Shown: positions 52,860 to 64,000 of the stretch, in pieces
Layout: each line of letters starts with the position of its first letter
Position numbering within the stretch: the stretch's first letter is position 1
Assembly (NCBI RefSeq): GCF_009834535.1
Contig: NC_045698.1
Span: forward strand, 15,254,001 to 15,318,000
Length of the DNA stretch: 64,000 nt
Direction: 5' to 3'
Source of the DNA: Camelus ferus
Lineage: Eukaryota
Position numbers and translations under genes: made by a program
Notes under the pieces: generated by a model
The model's input: the letters and a program-made list of their open reading frames with translations, nothing else
The model's database searches: none
What the model was told of the DNA's origin: nothing

Positions 52860-55630
52860 AACATAAAGAAAACAGAAGTTTCTTGATGGATTTCAACCTG
52901 ATTTCTGGGAGACCTTGTCCTTCTACATGGAAATAAATCCATTTTTGTATATTGATCATGTTTCTTATGAACCCACAAAATTCTCTAATTATTGACAGCA
53001 CTTTTTGTAGATTCCTTAGGATTTTCTGCACAATCATGTTTAATGAAAACTCTGTTTTGCTGTCTCACTTCTACTTTACAAGTTTTTACATTTTCTTTGT
53101 TCTAATGCACATGCTAGGACCTTTAGTACAATGGTTAATTATATTTGTCAATGCTCCAATATTTATCCAGGGATAAAGACCACTTGCTCATAATCTATTA
53201 ATTCTTTGTATGTCTCTAGTTGTTATTAGCAACTATTTTGTTAAAGATATTTGTATCTATATTTTTGCATCTATGTATACATCAGTGTTTACATCTATTC
53301 ACTATATAAACAGAGACATATTCACTATGAGAACAATATCTATTTTTTCTTTTGTACTGTTTTTTCTCATTTTGGTGTCAAGCTAGTTTTTGCCTCATTA
53401 AATGAGATAAGAAAATCTTTTTTTTCTATTTTCTCAAATAAGATTTATATTATTCATTACTTAAGTATTTGAATTTTTCCAGTGTCTCCACCTAAGCTTG
53501 AAGTTTTCTTTATAGAAAGTTTCTTTAATTAACAGTTGTGTCCTTTTATAGAAAGAAATAGACTATTCAAGTTTTATATTTTTTGGTGAATCACTTTTGA
53601 TAATTTGTGTCTTTCAAGATATTACTAAATTTAAGTGCTTCAGTTTTGGTAGCATAAGTCTGTTCAATAAAATTCCTTTAATATCCATTGCTTGTTAGAT
53701 ATATAGTAGTTTATTCTTTTTAAAGCCTAAGTTTTGGGTTTTTTTTTTTTTAACAAATTTAATAATTTGTTTAAAGTAACTGCTTTCAGATTTATCTGTT
53801 TCCTTTATTATTGGTTTATTTTCTCTTTCAGGAATGTCTGTTCTAATCTTTATTTTTTTCTTCCTTTGACTTAATGTGTAAGATCTTTTTCTAGTTTCTT
53901 ATGGACACTGTAAAGTTTCATTTTTCATTCCTTTTCTTTTCTATTACTAGCATTTACAGTTGTGGATTTTCTACCACTCCTTTGCCTGCACACCTCAAAT
54001 AGAAAAGTTTTAAATTGCAACCAGTTCAGATATTTCCAAATTTTCCTTTAAATTAATTTAAACACTGGACTAAAGTTCCTAGCCAGAAAAATAATGAAAA
54101 GATTGAGGGGAGCGAGGCAGGAAGGAAAGGAAAAAAAAAAAGATACATAGAAAATGGAAAATAGAACTGTAGTTATTCACAGATGAATGATTCCATGTGT
54201 AGAAAATCCAAAATAACCTAGGTTTAAGTTACTAGCATTATAAAGTGACAATAGTAAATTGCAAGCTAAGAGGTCAATATATAAACTGAACTTTGGAATG
54301 TTTCTGGGGTCAGCTCCAGCATGTAAAACGCTTGGAAGTCATCACTCCCATAACAGCAAGAAAAAGACAAATAAACTAAAAATCATCAACTCTTCCTGGT
54401 CCATCAGAGAACTGAGGCTTCAGAGTATTCCAGCTGCCCTCAAATCTGGATACAGGTGCATCCAGAGAAATACAGCATCTGGGATCTACTTACTTGGCTC
54501 TACACGAAGAAGGAAAATTCAACAGTAAATTAATTAATTAATTAATTGTTATTCTTAATTGATCTTAGTGATAGCTGTTTAATTATAGTAGATTACAACA
54601 ATGTCACATGGTGCAGAAGGAGAAATTAGATACACTTGTTATAAGATGTCTACTACAAGGTAAGTGGTATTTTAAAAAGCAGTGATACAGAAGTTAGTTA
54701 AAATATGTACTGTAAAAACAAGGGCAAGTACTAAGATTTTTACAAAAGAAATATAATTAATATGCTAATAGAGGACATACAAGAAAATTAGAAAACCTAA
54801 GTTAAAGCCAAAGAAGGCAGCAAAAGAGGGACAAACAAGAAATAAAGAACAAGTGCAACGAAAAGAAAACAGTTACAAACATGGTAGCTATTAACCCAAT
54901 TATACTGATAATTATTTTAAATGAAAATAATCTAAATACATCAAGTAAAAGACAGAGATTTTATGATTTCTGTTTATCAAAATTTGTTAGGGCATGTTTT
55001 ATGGCCCAGAATATTTTAGTAAATGATCTGTGTGAGCTCATCAAATTTTTAAAAAATTTAGCAATTACATACCGCTGCAACAGTTACAATTAAAAAGGCT
55101 AACATACCAGTGTTTAGCAAAGATTTAGAGGAAAGACAATTTTCACGCATTTGTGATCAGTCTGCAAATTGGTATAACTACACTGGAAAAAGAGTTTGGC
55201 ATTTTTTACTTAATTTGAACACAGATGTTTCCTATGACTCAAACATTTTATTCCACTCAAAATGCATGACCATTGCACCCAAAAAGTTTTATTAATATGA
55301 TTCTAAATACATTAGCCATAATATCTAACTAATATATACAATCTATCACTAGTAGAATGGATATTTTGTGGTATACTTTATGTGGTGATTTAATACACAA
55401 TTTTGTAATTGGATGATCTGTAGCCCTACATTTGAACATCAATGAAGCCAAAAAACATAATTTTGGGTAACTTAGGAAAGGCATAAAATAAATTAATGTT
55501 ATATAATGTATATATAATTAGTACGTGACATTAATTTATGGGTTTAGAAGTCAGGACAGTCATTTCCTTTGGGGAGGAGAGGGTTTGATGATCAGAAGGA
55601 AACATAAGAGGGCTTTGGGGTGCTTGTGTT
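52860..55630. mobile_element. Cluster of old L1 fragments in both orientations
   Basis: About 52860-54050 is antisense ORF2-like (ttttgtagattccttaggattttct; gctaggacctttagtacaat). About 54060-55630 is sense L1-like (ttattcacagatga..tgtgtagaaaatcc; aaaagacagagatt). Boundaries are approximate. Confidence 0.6.
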
Positions 55631-58600
55631 TAAATTAAATTAATAAATTAAATAAATAAAATATAATAAATAAAATTTAAGAAATTAATGTAAATACATT
55701 AAAAAAATCCTCCTCTAATTGCCTAAATACACCAAGTGATTCATTTACAATTCTCCTAGACAGCTTTAAGCAGTGCAAAAGAGTGTTTTACTGAACGTGG
55801 TTGACATGAATTCTCATGCTAACCCTTTCAGCTATGGCTTATTCCTCCATAAGTAATGTAACCCCTTTGTATCTCACCTTTTTCATCTATAATATGAAAT
55901 AATTTAAATTTCCTTCTATATGCAAAATTTCATGTTAATAACCATGCCTAAAGATTCTTAAATCAAACTCCTTGTTAGAATTTTCATTTTCAAATTGCAT
56001 TCCTAAACATCAATATAGACCATTGCTCCGAAAAAAAAAAAATTGTAAAATAATTAACCCTACTGGATAGAAAGAGAACCACTGAGAAATCAAGCCACTG
56101 GATAGTCTCAGGATCCAATGTTCTACCCGAAGTCATGCTGTAGACCCAATCATTCAAAGGTTCACAATACGAGACCTTTTCTACTGTATCGAAAGTCTTA
56201 ACACTCACAAAAATGAATCAGGTAAGCGAGGAGACCTACACGGGCTTGGTTATGTGCTTATGTCCTAACAAGGCAACTAGTTCCCCATGGAGCTAATCCA
56301 GCTTCATCGCATATGCAGTGGATAATTAACACATCTTAATATTTTTAAAATATTCACTATTACCGCGACTACTTGCGCTTGATTATCTAGCATCACGGAA
56401 GCTCTATTATCTATCATCTCTAAGTGACAGGCATGGCTAAGTTTAGCCAACAAAGTATTCTACTTCCAAGATTTTGACTTGTGATTAATCCAATTATCTC
56501 CTCTGCTATAAGGAGAAAAGATTATATTGGATGGTTTTGTTTCCTGCAGCAAAGTAATTTTCTGCATGACCAGCAATAATGTAATGTGGGGTATTTTAAT
56601 AAGAGGCAATTATTTTTAAAATTAAACCTTAAACAGAATGCAGATGGTAATAATATGGCAGAGATGTGCACAAAATTATGAGTTGCTTTAAAAACTGTTA
56701 ACTCTGCAATGTGCTCTAGTATAAAATAGTGCAATAAAGGAAACATAACTGAAACAGAAAAAGATTTTTAAATCTCCTAGAAATGCATATACAATGCTGA
56801 AGCTGACAAGGTAATACTCCCTTTCTATAATATTCAATAATTTAATGGGCTACATTGCTTTCATCCTTGAAATTAATAGTTTTTTTTTTTTTTAAGACAA
56901 GGAAACGTTTAGGAAAAGGACATACGATAATAATGTGTTTCTTACCAAAGAGAAAATGTTAATACTTGAGGTTGGAAAATGATCAATGATAAAAGATGAG
57001 TTTTAGCAAAATTAAGTCTGAGTGTGTTACAGAAAAATAGAGCCTTCTGGATCATCCTTTCATGGTATGTAAATGGAGGTGATTAACAACGGTGATCTCT
57101 GAAGGATCTCGGGGATCCAGTGTCCCCCTCTATTTCCAAATGTCCCACTCTAAAGACAAAGTTATCATCAGAGGGAGATAGTGTACATTCTTCTTTTGCA
57201 AGTTAATATTATATTTAAGAATATTTCATGTGAGATTTTGAAAATGGAACAGACAGAGCATCTAGAAAGAGATGAGAGAGAGGAAAACACAAAAAATGCT
57301 TGGTCTGAGAGAAAACCTTATTCATTTATATGTGAAATATTTCCCATGAGTCCCATGGTTGTTTAGTTTATCCCTTAATTTCCATACCCCACAATTTCTT
57401 CCTTACCTCTGTTGCCTTCAAAGAGTGCTTCCAAAGAGTTAAAATAAACAAAATTAAAATATCATTTTAAAATGCTTTACTTCACCTGTAAATATCCATA
57501 TTATATCCATTTCAAAAGCCCTTAAGTAATTTTCTAATTAAATAAATATTAACAATTTTGAATTCTTACACTGTGGTGGGTATTCTGTTCAGTATTTTGT
57601 ATAAAAGACCACAGTGATGTCTATCTTTACTAGTTGCCAGATCTCTGTACTTGCTGACACTTCCAGACATTGCCTCTAAAATTAAAATGTTTTAACAGAT
57701 CAATGAAAATTGATGTAAAGTGATAAGAAAATACTACTTATTACACAAACTGGCACAGCTTTCACTACAAGCCCTTAGATTTTAATTTGTAACTCATATT
57801 ATCTTTCATTTAGAAGGAAATGAGCAGTTCTGAACGATCATGGTTTATAAACACAACAGTCCTATGTTTCCTACCTCAACTTCATGATCATGGAAATGAT
57901 CCAAATAATCGTTAACCCTAGTGACAGGAGAATCATCAGAATGCTGTTTTTAAATTAATCTAAGATCTTATAAGTTATTGAGGTGCAGTAGAGATCATAC
58001 GGAGCTCAATTACAACAGCCATCGATCTTCTTCCTCCCGTGATAAAATTGTTTTATCCTATAAAACAACAGCAGCTGGAAATAGAGAGCTTTGTCCCACT
58101 TCAACACAGTTTTAGAATTTAACTCTTTACATCAGTGAGTTTTGGATTATCCTCGGATACTTTTTGCACTGAAGCTACGTTCCTCTAATGATTGAGAGAG
58201 AAGTATTGTGCCAGGCAGACCTGGGGAAGGAGGAAGAGAAAGCTGAAGCTTAAGATGACTGTGAAGACAAAGAAAAAGAAGGGGGATAAGGAGAAGGCTG
58301 GTAGGAGGAGAAGGAGGGGAAAGGATGACAAAGGAGCACTCTCTCTGCTGGCCTCGGGGACTAATTGGATGATAAATTTAAAAAAAAGTTTCATTCCAGA
58401 TGTTGAAAGAACTGTGTATATGTTGTCTTTATACGTGCAGTTTATTTCAAATACGAATAAGATATATAGTACGTTAGATGTTGATAAATGTTATGGAGTA
58501 ACTTTATCTTTTTAAATAAACGTGGGGAGTGGTTGAATTGAGGTTTGCTATTTAAATTGGGTTAAACTGTGTCATTTCTTACCAAATTGCTCAGTGTTTG

Positions 58601-58789
58601 TCAATCATTTAAGTTTTTAAAGAACCATATCTCATTAGTGTATTTATTTGCATCTACTTTATAAGGAATGACTATAACCTCCTTTTTATATGCTGAAGAT
58701 ACATTTACATTTTATTTTTCCTAAAGTCCTTATATCCTTCACCAATTTTGCAATCCAGTAACATTCTTTTTCTTTATAAAGTATAGAAA

Positions 58790-58808
58790 TTATATATATG
58801 TGTGTGTG

Positions 58809-58842
<34 letters not shown>
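58790..58842. repeat. (TA)n/(TG)n microsatellite
   Basis: Directly visible dinucleotide runs. Confidence 0.92.
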
Positions 58843-58847
<5 letters not shown>

Positions 58848-60089
58848 AAAATTTGCCCTTTTTTATAATATAATTGTGAATATTTTTTTCTGGACCATGA
58901 TGTGTACTTTGACTTTATTACTGGTGACTGCTTCCCCCTAACATATTCCTTTCAAGTTTCCCGAAAAGGTCAACCTTGACCTTCAGCTCTGTCCATCAGG
59001 CCTCCTGATCTCATTTTCTATATGATGTCAGTGAATTCCTTGGTCCACTAACTTCTCTGTATTAATTGTTAAGCATCAATTCCTGTGGAAGAATTATACT
59101 AAGTTTTCCTGATTTCCAAAGTTCTGGACTTGTTTTGGAAAAAAAACATCAATTTCCCCAGAAATGTCAGGAAGGACTTCCCTGGTGGAAATAACATGTG
59201 AAGTTCTAAAGATTTCATGCACTTTAGAAGAGGAGTTTTGTTTTGTTTTGTTTTGTTTTTTAAGACACTGTTTGGAGGCAGCATGTTGGGAACATAGAAT
59301 CAAAAAGTACACAAGTAAAAATTGTCCTGAAAGTAGGCATATGAATATATTGAGTATTATGTGATCTGGGACCTATTACAGAGCTTGTCACAGTTTGGAT
59401 GTGCAATAACTGTTAGTTTAACTGAGATAAAATTTGAGTTTATCTTCTCTTAGTTTATAATGTGCATATATATTCCAAACATACACAGGAAAATAGCACA
59501 TTGCATTTATATATATATATATATATGTATAATATATTTTAACTTCTTACAAGCTAAATAAGAAATAGTCAAATTATATATTAAATATCACATTTATCCC
59601 TATTTTCTTTACAATTTAAAATCAAAACTTACAGAATACATAATTTCCACATCAGCCAAGAACTGGTCAAAAAAATTTGTCTCCATAGAGAATTAATTTT
59701 TCAACCTATGTGACATCTACCTTTAATATATGTCTGCCAACTGAATAGTCAAGGCCACTTACTTAATATTCTTTTTAAATTTGAGGTCAGACCCATGAAA
59801 TATCACAAGATAGTAGGCACAATGATGGGTAAAATTTATAAAAGAAAAATAAATTTTAAAAAGCACAAAGTCAGGATGGTCAAGCCCTCTTTACAGCCTC
59901 CTAATATCATGGAAAGGTTATCTCACTAATTGTTAAAATGACTGTAAAATGTGGCAAACTTAACAATGAAGTATTCCATGCAGAGACTGCTAGCTGTCTC
60001 CTCTATGACCTTTTCCTCCATAAAGCAGCCCTAATTTTTAATGAACATCAAGTCTAATTAGAACAAAACATACATTTCTCATTTTATTT

Positions 60090-60600
60090 TGGGTTGAGGA
60101 GTGGCATGTGACCAAAGGGTCAAAACTGAACTATTGCATAACAACTCATCCTGAGAAATTTCCTATAGCACTGCTGAGATGCATTTTTGCATCTTATACA
60201 CTACTGCTTGAAATTAACCAACATGATGGCTACAGTTTCATGTTGGACCAGGAGCGTGAGAGATATAATGCCCTTGGTAGAGAAGGAAGTGGAAAGTAGT
60301 ATGATTCACGGCCAACTTGATTTCCCACATGTGAATACTACCGTCAGACTAGAATATACTGCTAAATGTTAATCCATTCTTTGGATGTCTCTGTTATTCA
60401 TAGCCAAATATAATCCACACAGATATAGAATATGGCACCAGGAATGCTATTCTGCATGAAACAAAACCAAACTATGGACTTTGTTCATGAAACTGAAGGG
60501 TGGTGAGATGTAGGAACATACAAATCACAGGCTGGAAAGCTGATGACTTTTGTCAGGTTTTAGTGAATAAGTCATCTGCTTTACCTTGAAAAACAAATCA
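60090..60600 (+). mobile_element. Diverged MLT1 LTR followed by the start of MaLR internal sequence
   Basis: LTR 3' end tctctgttattcatagccaaa..., then gatatagaatatggcaccaggaatg, typical of an MLT1 LTR/internal junction. Confidence 0.5.
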
Positions 60601-60669
60601 CTTATTAATTTAGGATATAAAAATTAGGGGAAATGATGAGATAAACAAACGATACATTTAAACCATTTT

Positions 60670-60942
60670 ATACCCAGACAACCATTCTGCTTTTCACTTG
60701 TAGTACAAAATTCAATAAATTACATAAGATATTCAACACTTTATTATAAAATAGGCTTTGTGTTAGATGACTTTGCCCAACTGTAGGCTAATGTAAGTTT
60801 TCTGAGCATGTTTAAAGTAGGTTAGGTTGCGCTTCGATGTGTAGTGGATTAGGTGTATTTAATGCATTTTTGACTTATGATAATTTCAACTTCTGATGGG
60901 CTTATTGGGACATAATGTGTCACAAGTCAAGAAAAACTTGTA
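60670..60942 (-). mobile_element. MER47A (Tigger-derived MITE), truncated
   Basis: ttcaacactttattataaaataggctttgtgttagatga.tttgcccaactgtaggctaatgtaagt..tctgagca matches MER47A. It ends at a degenerate TIR plus TA. Confidence 0.85.
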
Positions 60943-60984
60943 TATGTTTGGCTGGAATACAACCTAGTCCAAAAGAAGACACTC

Positions 60985-61240
60985 TCAAGAAAACAAAAAG
61001 ATAACATACAGAAAGGGAAAATTTTTTTTTGCAATTTATATATCTAAAAGGAGTCTAGTATCAAGAATGTATAAAGAATGCTTACAATTCAACAATAACA
61101 AAAATACAAACCCAATTAAAGAATGGCTCAGAGACTTGAGTAGATATTTCTCTAAATAAGGTATACAAATAGCCAACAATCATGTGAAAAAATGCTCGGC
61201 ATCATTTGTTATTAGACAAATACAAATCAAAACCAGCATA
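60985..61240 (+). mobile_element. L1 ORF2 3' fragment
   Basis: ctagtatcaagaatgtataaagaatgcttacaattcaacaa...acccaattaaagaatgg...aaatacaaatcaaaacca. Confidence 0.85.
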
Positions 61241-63259
61241 TAAATATAAATATTAAATATGAAGAACCCCTGATCTGTATCTGTGTGTATATATACATAT
61301 GTACCTTTTGTCTACCTTGCTTATTGTTCAATATGTTTTTGATAGCCATGAGGCTGGTTTGGTGTACTCTTCCAGTACCAGTACCAACTTTTTCCTAGAA
61401 TCTTTTACCAGTATAGTGGCCCCTTATGTAAGGGAACAAACTAAATCAGTCCCTAAAGTTTTTAACCTAAGCCAAGAAATTTCAGGCTCTTAGTTCCTAT
61501 CCTTAGGCCAGCAAGTAATAATTAATGACACAGTAGTAATTACTGGATTTTTCCATTGCATAGACTGCTTGAGCAGACAGAATTTAAAAATGAGGTTATA
61601 AGAATGCCCAGAAAATTATAGTAATCATATTCTGTTTATAAACTCTTATGCTGAGAACAGGCAAAAAAAAAATATTACCATCATAATATTTTGTGGAATA
61701 GAAGATAAAACAAAGATAATTTTTCTATCACCAATAAGTACATGTGCAGTTTCTTCATTTTAGAGTAAATACGTCAGGTAGGAATTCTAAGAAAATTTAT
61801 TTTCCACTTTATTTATTCTCAGAATAAACTATTTCTTACCTATTGTGCTTAAAAATAAAACTAAACTTGAAATTCAATTTAGAAAGATTTTCACATCACA
61901 TATAAAGTGACCGAGGAAACAGATCTTTAAAAAATTAAATTTAATTGCCTGGAAATGCATGAGATTTGAAAGAGCAATTAATTTGACACTGAAATTACTC
62001 TTCAAAATTTCATATCCTTTATGAACTTAATACAATTCATATCATTAAGACTTAATCTACTGAAACGCCAGTGGATAGAGATGAAGCTTTTAGATAATAA
62101 GCAATATCAGAACATCGGAGTCTTCAGCTGCTGCAAACTCCTGATTAAGCTCCAGTAGAATGTGGAAAGGGAAGTCGATATTTCTGAGGTGATTCCTGGG
62201 AAACATATGATCTTTCCCAGAGCTGAATTTCCTCAATATCAGATACCTTTTACTAAATGGGTTGTGATGCGTTGTCCTCATCAGATAGTAAAAGAGCAAA
62301 AGCAATTTTATGGATCATTTTACAGCAGGCACGTCAGTGTTCTGCATTATTTATTTCTTTTTTCAGAATGTTCTACCACGAAGATGATGTTCTCGTAAAA
62401 AGATGTTTCGTGACATCACAGAATCCTCACCAGCACTGTGTGCTTCAGAATCAGACTGTTGCCTATAAATCACCGACTTTAAGTGTGAGAAGGGATAATA
62501 GATAAGATTCTGAATGACAGGAAATTTTGGAAAGGATTAAGAGATGCTTAAAGGTCATATAGGAGCAGAAGTAAAGTTAGAATTCAGAGCTTCTGATAGA
62601 ATCTGAGCAAATTTTCATAAAACTAAAATGACTTCAATTTGTCACTCCTCATGAGAGTGAGAAGCCAAAACAAAACAGCACATCAACATAATAAATTATA
62701 CATTTTTAAAGAGGAGAACATGTACTTAGGTGTGAAAGATAAGGTGGTTTACTGAGACCATAATACCATTTGACAGCACAGCTGGGAAAGGACTCTTTTC
62801 TAAGTCTAGTTGGCAATCATTATTTCTGTCACTGGCTTAACAGTCTTTGATAGAGTATTTACTTTGCTTCAGTCCTATTTATTCTCAGTCCATGGATATT
62901 TGGACTTAGATCCTGCCTTCCTTTTTTCTTCCCCAACAAGTACATTTCCATTTTCATTATTGGAGGTACAGTGCAGTTATTGAGCCATTATACAATGATT
63001 TTCATGTATCTATATTGATACAATTTTCTTCAATTTCCAGAAAGTTCACATTCAAGTATAGGTTTTTTTCTTGTGTGTATCAGAAATACAATATCTTTAA
63101 ATTTGTCGTACTTGCATGATTTATTTTTAAAACCAAGAATCTATCTTTAGATTAAAATATCCTTTAAATATTATACTTCTATTAATTCTGCTAATAATTA
63201 TTATAGGTTAGTAGAGTTTGAGTTTTTTTTTTTTTTTAATTACCTAGTTCTAGGAGTTA

Positions 63260-63470
63260 CTCATTCATAAACGGTGCTTTTCTGGACACTGAGACACTGA
63301 AGATGGGAATTCACTCTTTGTTTATAGGGTAAGCAAGTCTAGGTTACATAGAAGGTAACAGGAGAAAAATGCCCTCCTCATGGTACTTACAGTTTTGCAA
63401 AGAAGACAAACAAGAAAACAAAAACTGACATTTCAAATTTTGGTAAGTGTTATTTTGTGTAAGGTGTTAC
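63260..63470 (-). mobile_element. L2 fragment
   Basis: actcattcataaac...tgccctcctcatggtacttacagttt. Confidence 0.5.
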
Positions 63471-64000
63471 ACAATGGTTTTCTTCTGTTGGTTTAGAAAC
63501 TTTATTTTTCTCTCTTTGCTTTCAATTCATAAAATACTATAATGGCCACATATTCTTCCCTATACTCAACATACGAGTTTAAGAATCAAATACCCTTTCA
63601 CTTTTGCCTTCAGGAGCTAGATTTCTGTCTGACTTTAATACCAATCACTATTTTTGAGTCTATTTGCACTTCTTTCTAAAGTAGCATTGCTTTTATTTCC
63701 AGTGGAAGGAACCAAGTCACCCTCCCTTTTAAGCACTCACTCCATTGTTCCCACATCCTCCTTTCAACAAGGAGTTTAAGCACCAGAGATACCAGCTCTC
63801 TCCTATGCTAAGACAGAGCTTCTGGGATTAAAAAACTGACTCATTCAAAGTACATCTAGCTGCTGAATGATAAAGTACTACTAATTGTAATAATTCCAGG
63901 AGATTTTTTAAAAATAAGAAGGTCCAATTGAAAACAGGGTGTATTGTCCAGGAAAAATATTTTGTTGTTGTTGAGATGGTTTTGAGAGGAGAGTTTAAAA

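Noticed and set aside
58192..58515. Lys/Arg-rich 107-aa ORF
   Set aside because: Product of a purine-rich low-complexity tract with a non-ATG start.

Overview
AT-rich mammalian intergenic or intronic DNA. It is very probably camelid, because it carries a Vic-1-type tRNA-derived SINE at 26310-26427. I find no intact host protein-coding gene; almost all ORFs in the track are chance ORFs in repeats or AT-rich DNA. The main feature is a defective class I (gamma-like) endogenous retrovirus on the minus strand (about 14821-17958). It has a complete 657-bp 3' LTR with polypurine tract, a decayed env with an ERV-V-like TM region, and a decayed reverse transcriptase. An internal deletion joins the RT connection domain in frame to the middle of env SU. 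gag, pro and the PBS are gone, and only about 40 bp of fragmentary LTR-matching sequence remains at the 5' junction. A diverged solo LTR of the same family lies 32 kb away (47020-47681). The rest is L1 fragments (including a clear twin-priming inversion and nested insertions), other ERV1 and MaLR LTRs, L2, MIR, MER53, MER47A, microsatellites, and several repeat-free, motif-dense stretches that may be conserved enhancers. Family names come from my recall of consensus sequences, not from a database search. I do not see convincing evidence for a novel functional system; the rearranged provirus is the most unusual structure.
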